Assembly: GCA_965153455.1 (NCBI GenBank)
Contig: OZ234493.1
Span: forward strand, 12,886,213-12,950,212
Length of the DNA: 64,000 bases
DNA from: Sphagnum compactum
Taxonomy: Eukaryota
Direction: 5' to 3'
Shown in pieces: positions 36,388 through 49,195 of the stretch (its first letter is position 1; each line of letters opens with the position of its first letter). The notes under the pieces are model-generated. The model worked only from the letters and a program-made list of their open reading frames with translations. It had not been told where the DNA came from and made no database searches. The position numbers and the translations under genes are program-made.

Positions 36388-36448
36388 CTTTCCATTAGGC
36401 TGCTGTGAGCACACTTACAGAGAGATGTCACAGCAGCCTAATGGAAAG
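36388..36448. repeat. Perfect 21-bp inverted repeat with 19-nt loop
   Basis: CTTTCCATTAGGCTGCTGTGA (36388-36408) and TCACAGCAGCCTAATGGAAAG (36428-36448). Confidence 0.9.
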
Positions 36449-38571
36449 CCACTGATATAGGGCCTTGTTTCTCATTGGACAGATATTTGCTAAGGCCTTG
36501 CTTCTTATTGCACTGATAGGTAGCTAGTTGCTTTCCGTCGATAACTGTGAGCACTAAGGATTCTTTCCCTTTTCAATTTTGTGAGGTAGCTGAAGTGACA
36601 ATCATCTGCACATGGAGGGGAGCTGGCTATGCAATGTGCAAGGTGCACATGCTAACTAAGATGATTTGAGGCCATTCAGAGCAGATGCATGATGGAAAAG
36701 TAGTGAAGAAAGGAAAAAAAAAAACATGATCAAATTGATTTCTCTTCTTGCAGCTTTAGCTTTACAGTATTTCTGCAACAATGATGAGCACTGCACCTGC
36801 AATATCATAGATCTTTGCAGCCATGCTCGGCTTCATCTGCAGGACAGTTGATGAAGATGATGCTGTTTCCTGCAAACCAAAATTGCTTCTATTTCGAGTT
36901 TTCTTGCTCCATGCTATAACAAGAAGAGTTCCACACTAATCATGTGGAGATGGAAGAATAGATTGCAAAACAAAGATCTGGGAATTGGGATCCAGCTCGG
37001 TAATGAAATGTTGTGGACAACAGACTTGTTTCTGCTAAAACAGAAACACATCAAATGGTGATGATGATGCTCACCAGTTTCTCACACAAAGCCACCTTTC
37101 TTCGGGTGTTCATCATCATCAGAACAAGGTCATGATCTACTTTTTCACAATCTCTTACAATTGGGTACTTGATGCTCCCTTCAAAATGGGTGGTGTTGCT
37201 GTCCTCAAAGCAATATGAAAATAGTGGCACCACAATCTGCTTCTGCAGATGATGATAAGAACTTCTTCTCTACAGAAAGAAGGTGACAATAATTTCTATT
37301 GCTGCCTTCCTTCCTCTGTAATAATGTCACCACCACCACAATGGGTCATGGAAAGGGTTACATATAACAAATGTACACAGACTCAGAAAATGTTACAAGT
37401 ACTTTACTTACAGGTGGTTATCATATCTATGAGATTTGCAGAGAAAAATCTCCCCAGCAGACACTTTGAAGAGATTGCAGAGGAAAAAAATCTCCCACAA
37501 ACATAATGAGTGCGAACTTGACATTACAAGGAGAGTTGCTCACAAAGTGTGTTCAGATTAGCATCATCATTACCTTCATCAGGAATTTAGCAGCAGCAAC
37601 AAGCTGCCATGACTACTACCCACTGGCTTCATCAGTTCCCTCCCAATAGTGGGTGTGGATACATTCTATTCATGAGAGTAAAGATTCTCATTCTGATGTG
37701 CACAATCTGATATGAAGAATGCCTTGTTGCTTGAATCCCACCCCCCCAAACCTCAGCCCTCGTTTTACCATTCCGAATGCACAAATCATACCTTGTTTTG
37801 TGTGATGCTTTTTGATCAATGAGGGTTTCACAGAAGGAGATTGTTGTTTTCCAGATTCACCTTACAATCTGCAGCGCAGGTTGTTGGCTTCTGTGTTTTT
37901 TTGTTGTTGCGCCATGTTTGTTTTGTTCCTCACCTCTTCTTAGTCCCCATGCATGATGTTTGCCTGCCACCATGACCCTCTGAAACTTGACCCGTAACTC
38001 TCCTTCTGTTGCATAATCCCATTCCACCATGAGCATTCCAATGTGTAGCAGGCAAGATTTCTGATGCAGCACATAACCTGTTCCAGAGCCATGGGTTGAT
38101 GATATGAAGAGGTCTTGGTGGCATGCAATAGTCTTTTGTAACAACCTCTCCTCCTCAATCTGCAGAGTGTTGTGTCTCGGAGTTATACAATTGCAGGAGA
38201 GGAAGGAAAAAATCACAAAACATCACAAAACATTTCGCATCATAAACTAGAGATACTAGAGGATTGAAAGAAGTGGAAAACAACAACACAGCGTTCTGCA
38301 GCACACTGCTCCAACAGACAAAACTGCCAACGAACACAACAACAGCAGATGATGATGATGGACCACAAAAGAACAGAACAGATAGACAGACAGACAGACT
38401 CTTCGAAGGTTCTAGAGCAATGCTAGTAGTGTAAGCGCAGCATGGCTTCAAATGCAAGCCTGAGCCTCTCTTGCTGTTGTTCCTCGGCTGCTGCTGCTGC
38501 TGCTGCTGCTGTGAGGAGTTCTGGGTACCTATCGACTATCAACAATCCTCAACTGCAAAACGCTCGTCGGA

Positions 38572-38579
38572 AAACCCTA
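38572..38579 (+). promoter_or_regulatory. Telo-box upstream of the ARMC6-like gene
   Basis: AAACCCTA ~320 bp upstream of the ATG; TTTAGGGTT at ~38670. Confidence 0.3.
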
Positions 38580-38897
38580 ACCCACTAGCTCCGAATCCAG
38601 CAAAAAAGAAGCAAAAAATCTTGAGAAATGGGTGTTGGGTATCGGGCCTCCTGAGACTTTTTCCAAGTTTTTAGGGTTGAATGTGGTTTGTGAGAGAAAT
38701 GCGAGAGTGAATACTTATGATGATGTCCCTGATCAAGTGGTCATCTCCTGCATGAGTCTTGGTTCTTCATTTTTGGACACAAGAAAGAAAGAGAGAACCA
38801 TTCTCTGGCTGGCTTTCAGCAGCTGATTGTTGTTGTTGTGGTTTTTTTCCCGAAAGAAATCTTCCCTGCATTTGCATCATCACGAAAGGCAAAAGAA

Positions 38898-41800
38898 ATG
38901 GGTCCCAAGAAAGTGCAGATATCACAGGAGGCTTTCAATGCTGTGGTGAAGGAGAATGTGGAGGAGTTTGACATGGAGCTTGCTGAAGCTCTTGAAGATG
39001 CAATCAAAACCTTCCAAATGCAAGGAGCTGATCTCTCAGGTTTGAACTCCCTCCTTCACAACAAACACCTCAGTTTCTTTCTTTTTTTCTTTCCACTCAT
39101 GCATTCTGCATCTGGTGATGATCACAACATTGCTCAACATTGCAAGGGGATTGCTGAACTTTTGTGTGTAAAAAAGATAGCTGGATTTTCCAGTGTTGTC
39201 TGGACCTTAGGAGTTCTAGATTTTTGTGACCAAGGCAAGTCTGGTTTACTGCATATGTATGTTCATTCAGGAATCATCACAGATGGAAGTGAATCAGGAG
39301 ACAACCATCCTTCAGTCCATGCTGTGAAACAGCTCAACGATGCGCTCACCCTTTTGTGCTCCAAAAGGGGAGGAGATCTTAAACCCTACAGCAATTCGCA
39401 AGCAGGTACTTGCATTCCACATCTTTTTATCTTTTGGGTTTCCTGAGCTTGCTTGCTTGCCTACATTGTAAGCAAAAGAGCTGCACTAGAAAAACACCCT
39501 TCCTGTTTCATGCTAGGATTTGAACATGGGTATTTCATTCGGAGTGGGTTGTGCAAGTTTTGAAAGACTTTGTCTGATCACATATTCACATCATGTCCAG
39601 TCATGCTGTGGTGAGATTTGCAGATGATGAGGGGCTATGTGGGCCACCATATGAGAAAATCATAGCTGCACAGCGTCTGCTGTTGGCAACGTGCTTGGGC
39701 AGTGAGCCAGGAGACACTTTGGTAGCTGTGAAGAACGGTGGTATTGAAGCCAGCATCTCTGCTTACCAAGCTCTCAAGGGTGTTGGAGATCAATGGGCAA
39801 TCATTTCTTTGGAAACACTTTGCTCTCTTCTGACTGGTGAGTGGTGGCCCATTGCTGCTGCACCTCTATATTCTATTTTTCTTAACAGAAATATCCTCAA
39901 CATCATCATGACTGAGTCTTCCCATTGCTTTTGGAAATGCAATAGAAACTTAGAATGCAGATGTTTTTTTATTATAAGTGGTTTGCTCAAAATGTTGGGT
40001 GGATCGGGATATTATCTTCACCCACCATCAGGAGGTGATGAATTCAGTAGCATGGAAGCTTGATAGCTGTGGAAACTTGTCGCTGCTGTTCTTATTGGAG
40101 GTGATGATCTGGCACATTGTGAGCAAAACTCTTAATGTTATGACCGCACTCATTGTTTGTGTTATCTTCAAAATGTTATTGCGGAGTGTTTTTCTCTGCG
40201 ATCTGAGAGATATGCTTTCCCTCACAGAAATGTGTGTGCACATTGGAACAAGCAGAAGATGACTTTGCAAGCAGTTATTGCACCTTGGATGTTGCTCGAG
40301 GTCTTGCATACCTTAGTAACCAAGATTAAGGTACTAAGATCTTTGGGTACCTAAGTACCTTAGTGTTGGGCACTAAGATTTAGGGTATATAACATATCTC
40401 TTATTCTTCCTGATTTTCTGACCCTCTTTTGTACATAATTTTGGTGGCTGTACCCTCTTTTGGCTTCCTTGCAGATGACAATGGCAGAGAGAGATTTGGA
40501 AGTGCGAATGGACCTCAAATTGTGCTAGAAGCTTTAGCTACAGATGATGTAAGAACCTTGTAACCTTGTTCTCTGTCGCCAGTCATAGACAGGGTAGACA
40601 GAAATTGCTGCAATCTCAAACTCCAATGCATTTGCAACAATGAATGAGGGCGCACTGGAGCATCTGAGTTCACTAACTTAGCTCATGTGGATTGATGTGT
40701 CTTAGAACATCATATCTGGTTCAGGACAGAGCATATCCCATTTGGGAGCAGCAGTATTGGCTGCTGCAGCTACAAAGAATGAGAGGTTGAAGGAGATGTT
40801 CATGGATCTGGGGGCAGATTGTCTCCTTGTAGAGTACCTCAAGAGGCATCGATTTCAGAGGGATCTCAACTCCAAAACTACCAGTTATTCTGCTCCGGAT
40901 GCTGCTGCTTTACAAGCAGGTTGTGATGCCATTTATTCTCTAGTAACAGCAGATGACATGCGTCCAGCAGCGTCTAAGGTTATACCTCAACTCTTAGCTT
41001 TAGCTATGGCCTTTCCCCCAGCAGCAATGCATAGTTAGCCATACCCAAATCTAGCTGGTTGTCATATCCTCATACATTGATCAGTGCATAAGTGGGTCCT
41101 GTTCTATAACAGACACGAAGAAACCCTGTAAGATGACAAATCCGGGGGTGTTATGAATGCAATTGCCAATAGCAAAAGAACTCTGCAAACAAGTTTTTGA
41201 GAACCTGCGAAAGACCAGAGAAAGGTCTAATTTTTTGCTGGTGTTCTGTCTTTCTGGCTGACTCTAGGCGTACGGGAATGCTATGAAGATAGCCAAAGCA
41301 GGAGCCGTGGATGCCATTCTTGCAGTGCTTCCAAACATACCCAAGTCAACACCAATCTTATCCACTTTATGTCTCACACTGAAGAGTCTTGCTGTTAATG
41401 TGAGGAGCCTTCCCAACACTTCTTCATAGCACCAATCTGAACTTGGGTCTGGATGTTTAGAAAGAATGAGATCTCCAGGTTTTGCAAATTGAGCTCTAGA
41501 ATCTGATTTGCTTTGTAATGAACTCTCTGTTCTCTCCAGGTGAGAAAGACGAATTTCTTTGTTCTTAAAAGCATACTCAAGTACCTTTGAGCTTACTGCA
41601 GAGTTTGGTAGCTTAAGAAGTACTAGATAATGCACCTCCACTTCAATGAATGCATCATGATGATGTGCTCTACATGTTCTAGCACTAGTGCGAGGCAGGT
41701 CGGTTCAGTAGAACCAAAGACTGTCAATCCCAAAGATAATTAGCAATAAGGGACTGCACATTAAACTATGAGTTATGGGTCATGGACAGGATGAGATATG

Positions 41801-44242
41801 CAAGGCAGTAGCTGAGCAGGGAGGGCTGGATACAGTACTTCAGTTCCTGGATCAGGCTATTCAGACTGGCAATAAAGTTGTAGCAAAAAGTGCTTGTGCT
41901 CTTCTTTCACAGGTTTTTTCTCATGCTCTTTTATGTTCTGTTCCTGTTGCTGTTGCCATAGAAGCCAGAAGTTGAGAAGAGATTAGATTATGCTCAAAGT
42001 CAAAAAAGTGTCCAACAGATGTGGCTGTGTGATCAACATTTGTCAATTTGAAGCAGCCACAGATTCTTCAGGAATTTGAGCTCATTAAGTGCAGCTGTGG
42101 TGTGTTTTGGCAGCTGGCAGGAAGTGATGCAAACAAAGACGCCATAGTCAGTTCTGGTGGATTGAACCAAATCATTGCTCTTATGTCCGCGTTTCAAGAA
42201 GAGCCCACTGTTCTCCAGGAGGTTAGAATCTTGTTTCCTTCATGAGATTTGCCCTTATAGAGATTTGTCTTCTTCTCTCTCATAGATTGTTTCTAAGTGG
42301 CTCAGTTCTTTCTACAAAGCTATACTACCTGTGGGTCAATGATCTTTTGGGTCTCAAAGCTTAGAAAAGCCTCATGTTCCTTCCATAGTAGTTGGATTCT
42401 CAATGACACTAAAGGAGGGAGCAGTGGATTGTGAAATGGGTCACTGTTGTTCATACTGCTAGTCTTATGGTTCTTCATTTTGGTTCTCCCATTTTGTGTT
42501 TTCTTCTTCTTCCCTGTTCTTGAGTCCTTATGTGGAAGTTTTCAAGCTTGGACTTCAAGGAAAAGATTGAACCTTTGTTCTGGCTTTTTTAATCATGGGT
42601 ATAGAGATTTAACCTTTTCTAATTCTCATGAGTTATAGTCTTCAATTTTCACAAGATACTCTCTAGATCAACCAACTCTCATACCAAAATAGCTAAGATG
42701 ACTATTAAGAATGCAACTATCCTTGTGCAAGATCTATTACATTTGCAACCAATCATTTCATGGATTCCCACAAGTCAACATGTAGCAAACTTTTTCTGCT
42801 TTTGGTCATGATGCAGGGATTTGCAGCTATTGCCACTTTAACTTTGAGATCACCTCAGAATGCTAGTAAGGCAGTTCAAGCTGGGGCTGTTGACATTGCG
42901 GCTGAAATGATGGAGAAACATCCTGGGTCAGCTGCAATGCTACGGCAAGCTTGCCAAATGCTCCGAAACTTGTCTGTGCGGAACCTTGAAAACAGGTGTG
43001 TGAAATGTTTCTCTCACTGCAACTCATATTGCACAACGTTAGTAGAAGATCTGAAGTTAAAACAGCATGATGATGAAGCTTCACCTGATCTGCCTTTTGG
43101 TCATGTCAGATATAATTCCATGGATCTAAGTATCATAGAAAAAGCTCAGAGTTTTGCTTAGCTTTTAGTTCTGATGGCAAACAGGTTCTTCTCTTGAAGC
43201 CTGAACTCTGTTTTGCTGTCGTTGCTTCACCACACAATTAAGGAAACTTGGAACATAAAAAGAGGGGGGGGTGTTTCTTACTACTGGAGCTCAGTTGAAA
43301 GCACAATTTCTTATCAACTATCACAACACCCGCACTGTTTCTTTCAACTGAAAGATCATGGCATTTTGCATTGTTGCCAATTGGCTTACAATCCCACACA
43401 AACACCACTGGAGCAGGTAGTTGATGAACCCACAGAAACAATGCCTTGTTTCTGCACTATTTGTCATTGTGTGTTTTGGGAGAAAAATAACACATGTAGA
43501 GAGAGTATTTGTGTCCTTTTCGGTGTTGTTTTTGGCAGAGAATATATACTTTTTTTTGCAGAGAGAATGTGTGTATACTGTGGTTAATGAAACCCAAAGA
43601 AACAATGGGTTTTCTCCATGTGTTATTTTTTTCTGTCGTTTGTGGCAGAAATTTTTTATGCATGTGCAGAGAAAATGTGTGCTAGCTTTAGACTTGTTTT
43701 TGGCAAAGAAAAGACACATGGACAGAGAGAGAGAACATGTGTGTGTTGTGGGACCCTTGGATGCATTTGAGCGATTGATGTTAGCTTTTTGATTAGAGTT
43801 GTGGGCGCCTTTGCAATTTGACCAGTCAATGTTGCATCTATGTCAGTTTTATAAAGGAAACAAGAAGGCCAATAATCAAGATCCACAAAAACCTAAATTT
43901 AGGTGAAGGAACAAAAACAACAACAACAACGAGACAGGAAGAAAATTCCACAACAGAATCATCATCACTAATTCGATCTTTCAGATATTTCAATTGAATT
44001 GAAATTTCAGTGTGAAAATGTGGGTCTTATGTTTTGTTTGTGCCTAATTTTTTTTCCTTCTACTATTCATTGTGAGAACTGGTTTTTATGGACCTATTAT
44101 TACTTTTGAGAAACTGTGCAGGCCCATAATACTTGAAAAAGGGTTGGAGCCTTTGATACGCAAAGCGAAAGCGAGTCATGAAAGCTGCAAGGATGTTGCA
44201 TCAGCTGCTCTGAGAGACCTTGGATTTGACAACTACTTGTAG
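38898..44242 (+). CDS. ARMC6: Armadillo repeat-containing protein 6-like, 10 exons, ~499 aa
   Basis: N-terminus ISQEAFNAVVKENVEEFDMELAEALEDAIKTFQMQGADLSG; then TADDMRPAASK, LAVNDEICK, LAGSDANKDAIV, LRSPQNA, CQMLRNL; C-terminus ALRDLG. Exons: 38898-39039, 39271-39405, 39624-39836, 40475-40548, 40706-40978, 41268-41399, 41790-41912, 42114-42221, 42817-42995, 44122-44242. Total 1500 nt. Confidence 0.88.
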
Positions 44243-45130
44243 TTTGTAGTTTGTTACATATGAAGATGATAATAACAGTAGGGGTAGCTCATTACCAGAT
44301 CTGCCCCTTTCTGCTCTCTGTTCAGTAATGAAGGTCTCTTGACAACTCTTTCATCTCTTCACTATAAGAGTTGGGGTTTTTTGAGTACCTACAAGCTTAA
44401 AAGTAAGACAAAAAAAAAAAGGCAGGTTTATTTGAATGTAAGTCTCTTGGTATCAAGACACTTTCTTTCAATGAATTGAATGTTGACTACCTAAATACAA
44501 TTTTGTTTTGTGTACTCGCACATTGAATCCTTCCTCCAGCTTTGTTGTGACTGTTACCTCCTCTTGTAACAATCTTCTACTGTTTGGATTAGATAACAGG
44601 AGGTCCTGATCATTGGCTTGATGGGCCTTGGGGCCATGGCAGGAGCTTGAAGCTTTTTTTGCCTCTCTTGTCAATGATGATGACAAACTACAGCATCTAA
44701 ACTAATACCTGTTGATATAAAAGCAGCAGGCAGATGCACCTCAAGTCGTCATCAAGACATTAGGGGGAGCGCTTCAAGAATCCACAGATTCAATTGTAAG
44801 AATTCATTCTCGAAACCTACAACTGCCTCATCAATTTCACCTTGCAAATGCATGGTTCTTTGTACCTTTGATGTGCTAGGAGCTTGAAGCAGCAAATGGG
44901 GTGGCATGCTGGCATCGTCTTTTGCTATCTCAAATTACCCTGTGCAAAGTCATCTGGGAACATGGGTGGAACAATTGTCCCTAGAACCCCAGTTCTGGTT
45001 TGTCAGAAAGTGTTTGTTGTACCACCTCTGAGAGGCAGATCTGGAGGAAGAAATGTACACTGCCACAGGGTGAGACTATGAAGCAAGCCACTGCAGCAAT
45101 GCCCAATTTTGATATGAGATAGTGAGTACC

Positions 45131-48100
45131 TCAGTCTGGTCTAGGATCAATTTCTGCTTCAGAGCTTGAGAGCAACTGTTCCAGATAGTCAATACCCAGA
45201 TCTTGCCACTCGACAGAATTTTGCTGCATTTCATGGGTCACATTGTTCTGCTGCAATTGTTCCAAGGACTCGATATCCAGATCTTGCCACTCAACAGGAC
45301 TTTGCTGTCTTTCTTTGATCACATTTTGCTGTTGCAATTGTTCCAAGGACCCAACAAGTTTTTGCTCTGTTTGATTGGTCACATTGTCAGCATGCTGTGC
45401 AGCGTTGCAACTGCTTACCTTCTTTGCAAGAGATTGATGATGATGGTCTTGAGCATCCGTCACCTCCCTGGTTCTCTTGCTTGTCATTTCAGTATCAGCA
45501 GCAGCAGCAGCAGCTGTTCCTGCCTCCCTGGTTCTCTTGCTTGTTAATCCAGTATCAGCGGCAGCAGCAGCAGCCCTTCCTGCGATTTCTGTCTTTGATG
45601 CCTGTGAAATGGATACCAAACAGAATCAACAAGCCCTGCTGCAGAATCAAGTCCTGCTATGGGAATTCATGAGTATGGAAACCAAACATGGAACATGGTT
45701 CCTTCCATCACCAAATTTCCCATGTAATCGGTGTGAAGAATTGTGCAAGATTCTGCTTTAAATGTCATTGTGCAAGCGAGCTTCATCGAGAACACAAATT
45801 TCCTCACTTCTTGTATGGAGAAACCCCAGAAACAATTCTCCAGGTGCAAGGACCACAAAGAGAAAGAAAATCACAGACTTTGCTTTGGACGATTTCTGAC
45901 AGATTTGTTTTGGAGTATTTCTCACAGATGTTGTTTTGAAGAAATTCTGACAGATTTTGGTTTTGGAGGAATTCTTTCTTACCCGTGGCTTGGGAACAGT
46001 CGAAGGCCCGCTGCAAGGCAGTGAAGCTTTCAAGGGGAAGTTGACGATGGCACGATGTCCACGCATCTGCAGAGCTGCAGAATCGTAAGCTAACGCCGCT
46101 TCCTCGGCGGTGGCGAACGTCCCCAGCCAGACGCGCGCCCCGTTGCGCGCAGGGTCTCGAATCTCCGCTGCGAATTTCCCCCACGGTCGATGTCTCACTC
46201 CTCTGTAGTGCTTCCGCTGGTTGCTCGCTATTGTTGTCTTCTTCTCGCTATCTCCGCTTCTTTCCTACAATCCAGCGTTACGCCATAGCCAAACTGCTCT
46301 GATTAGAGCTCGTATCCATCATCAGCAAAGCTTACACTCAGTTCTTGCGGATTCTACACCAAAGGCAGCAGGCGCAATCTCGCAATCCGCTGAGGTCTTC
46401 AACGAATCGGAGATTACTGTCTTATCTCTTGCAGGAGAAAGAAGAAAGGAGACAGAAAGCAACGAGAAACATGCGCGCGTTGCTCTTCTTCTCACCTTAA
46501 GGGACAGGACAAAGAAGGAGACACAAGGCAACGAGAACCGTGCGCCCGCTGCTCTTCTTCTTACCTTCAAGGATCCGGTCACGGAGCTTTTCAAGGAATC
46601 GGAGATTACTACTGTCTTGTCCCTTGCAGGAGAAAGAAGAAAGGAGACAGAAAGCAACGAGAAACAAATGCGCGTCGCTCTTCTTCTTAGCTTCAAGGAT
46701 CCGATCGCTGAGAGCTCTTCGAGGAATTGCAGATGACTGTCTTATCTCTTGCAGGAGAAAGAAGGAAGAAGACACAAAGCAACAAGAAAAGTGTGCGCGT
46801 TGCTCTTCTTCTTACCTTCAAGGATGCGGTCGCTTTGTCTGTAGAGACATTGGCAGATCGTCTCTCTTTGTTGTCTGCAGTGCCAACAAAGCTATCGGAG
46901 GAGCGCCTCTCTTTGTTGTCTGCGGGAGCAATAGAGGCATCGCAGGATCGCCTCTCTTTGTTGTCTGCAGCGGCAATTGAGGTATCTGAGGAGCACCTCT
47001 CTTTGTTGTTTGCAGCGGCGGTAATAGAGGTAGCGGGGGAGGATGGTCTCTCTTTGTTGTTTGCGGTGGTATGAGATCTGCTTGACAAGTTTGTTGTATT
47101 CATACCCCCGGAGCTTGTTGCAATCTTGAGCTCCGGTTTTCTGAAGGCGAATCCCATAGCATCAGCTTCAGGAAACGGGAGTCTGCGACGGAGAGTAACG
47201 GATGATCGTGAAGGTGCTGTAGCTTCCGTCAAGGCGTCAACAATGCGAGCCATGTTGTTAGAGTCGTGCTCACTGCAGATCCGAGGTCGATGATTGTCTA
47301 CTTGAGAACTTCGAGCTTGCAATTGCAAAAGCTTCGACGACGAGGTGTCTTCGTGATGATGATGATGATGAGCTGAAGAGTTACTGCGTGCTGCTATCCA
47401 TGACGATGAATTTATCAGCGGAGAAGGAGGAGGAGGAGGACGCGGCGAGGAGAGGTGCAATGGCGTGGAAGAGGACTGATCAAAGGCTCCCACTCTCGGT
47501 CTTCGGATGCTTGGGATTTGAGAGAGACTGACGCCGCCTGCGGATGCGGATGCGCTCATGGTCGATTGCATGTGCATGCTGGGGTAGCTCCCCCAAGGTT
47601 GCTGTTGCTGCTGCTGTCCACCAACAGAAAGCTCGAATTGTCGACTATTGCAGCGATGCTGTGCGGTTTCTTCGATCGGTTGGCGGCATGATAGTAGCCT
47701 TCCATGAGGAGGATCCTTGGAGCTTGCTTTTGCTGCTGAAGGAGTCTCTTCGTCAGGAAATGAAACTGCTGCTGTTGCTGGTGGAGTATGGCTGCTGCAG
47801 ATGCCTGCCGATGAGACAACAACAGGGGCTGCAACCACGGGCGAAGCTCGTTCTTGTGTAGCAGGAGAAGAAGCTCGAGAATGATCGACATCAAGGTGCT
47901 TGGTGACGACTTCCCCAATGGCTTCAGCGAACCTTGCATGACCTAAAGAATGTCGCAGCTTGTTGGCGACCATCCAAGCTTTCTGCTGCACCTTGGGACG
48001 CGCCATCTCCATCATCATCGTGGAAGTGCGATGATTCTCATGATTCCCAGCAGCTGCTGCTTGTTGTTGTTGAAGGCAAGAATTCGTCTTGACATCCTCA

Positions 48101-48228
48101 TTAGCACCACTACTACTAAGAATGTCAATCCTTGAAGTTGTAGCTCCACCCAGATCCTGATGATGATGAGGATGATTTAGTTCTGCCTCCACTTGATTCC
48201 AAACACCCTCTCTCAATTGCCAGTCCAT
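45131..48228 (-). CDS. AP2/ERF transcription factor (ERF subfamily, group IX-like with EDLL-type motif), ~721 aa, 3 coding exons
   Basis: AP2 domain [60 protein letters not shown]-terminal [15 protein letters not shown]. Exons (minus) 48228-46816, 46264-45983 and 45601-45131, all phase 0. The start codon is uncertain. Confidence 0.85.
46400..46830 (-). repeat. Tandem duplication of the ERF exon-1/intron-1 junction (~125-bp unit, 4 donor copies)
   Basis: AAG|GTAAGAAGAAGAGC-like copies with the intron's first base at 46815, 46690 (mutated to CT), 46564 and 46495 (GTGAG). Confidence 0.85.
46855..47070 (-). repeat. 45-bp coding repeat (15 aa, ADNKERRS..., 5 copies)
   Basis: TCTCTTTGTTGT on the + strand at ~46863, 46908, 46953, 46998 and 47049. 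Confidence 0.85.
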
Positions 48229-48954
48229 GAATCCAGAGCTAAGCTTTCTCCAGTACCTGGAACTTTGTGACCCGAATTCAAGATCTTCACAACTAGTAAA
48301 TTGAATCCTCAAGGACTTCACAGCTTTGCTTCTTCAGTAAATCATCCGATGATGATGAACACGGGAAGGAGTACTAGTGCTACTCAGTTGCCGAATCATG
48401 GCCATGTCATAGACTTTCCTTTGTGCATTTGATCAAATTCTTGGGTCATCAGCAGCAGCTCAGATTCTGCAACCTGTTCTTCTTGACAGAACCTGGCAGA
48501 CATGGTGTAAGTAAAAAGAGGCAAACACTTTTGTTTGTGGTGAAATTGTTTTGATGATTTTTTGTGCTAATTTTGTGGTTGACAACAGATCATGGCAACA
48601 TCATCATCACCATCATCATGTGCAAGAATGATGCAGCAAAGTCAATTCAACTATGTTTTGCAAAACTTCTTTGATCTATTGACAGATTTGATGTTCAAAA
48701 TGTGTTTGATTCTCTCTCAGCTTACTGCTTGCCAGCTGCTGGAATTCTTGCCAATCACTCTTTCAAACACAACTCAGGCAACGATCAGCTTCCAGCGCTT
48801 CTAACTTCCCACCAAGACAAGTAAACCTCTCCTCCTCCTGCTGCTACTGCTGTTTTCAATTTCAGAATGTTTTGAAATCAGTGATGATGATCATCTGCAT
48901 GTAAAGAGTTTCACAAGTCCAAAAAGCTTGCAGATTCCTCAACTAAAATCAACA

Positions 48955-49195
48955 GCAAACCCAATCCTTTCTTTCTTCCTCTTCTTCTTTGTTCTCTTCA
49001 ACAAACCCAATCCTTTCTTTCTTCCTCTTCTTCTTTGTTCTCTTCAACAAACCCAATTCTTTCTTCTTCTTCTTCTTCTCTTCTTCTTCTTCTTTGTTTT
49101 TCTTCAACAAACCTAATTCTTCTTCTTCTTCTTCTTCTTCTTCTTTGTTTTCTTCAACAAACCCAGTTCTTTCTTCTTCTCGGTTTTCTTCAACT
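48955..49195. repeat. CTT-rich compound microsatellite/minisatellite upstream of the ERF gene
   Basis: Units of AAACCCAAT + (CTT)n + TTTGTT.TCTTCAAC repeated about 4-5 times. Confidence 0.85.

Noticed and set aside
46221-47074. Plus-strand ORFs of 115-171 aa overlapping the ERF gene
   Set aside because: Antisense reading of the ERF intronic and coding tandem repeats.
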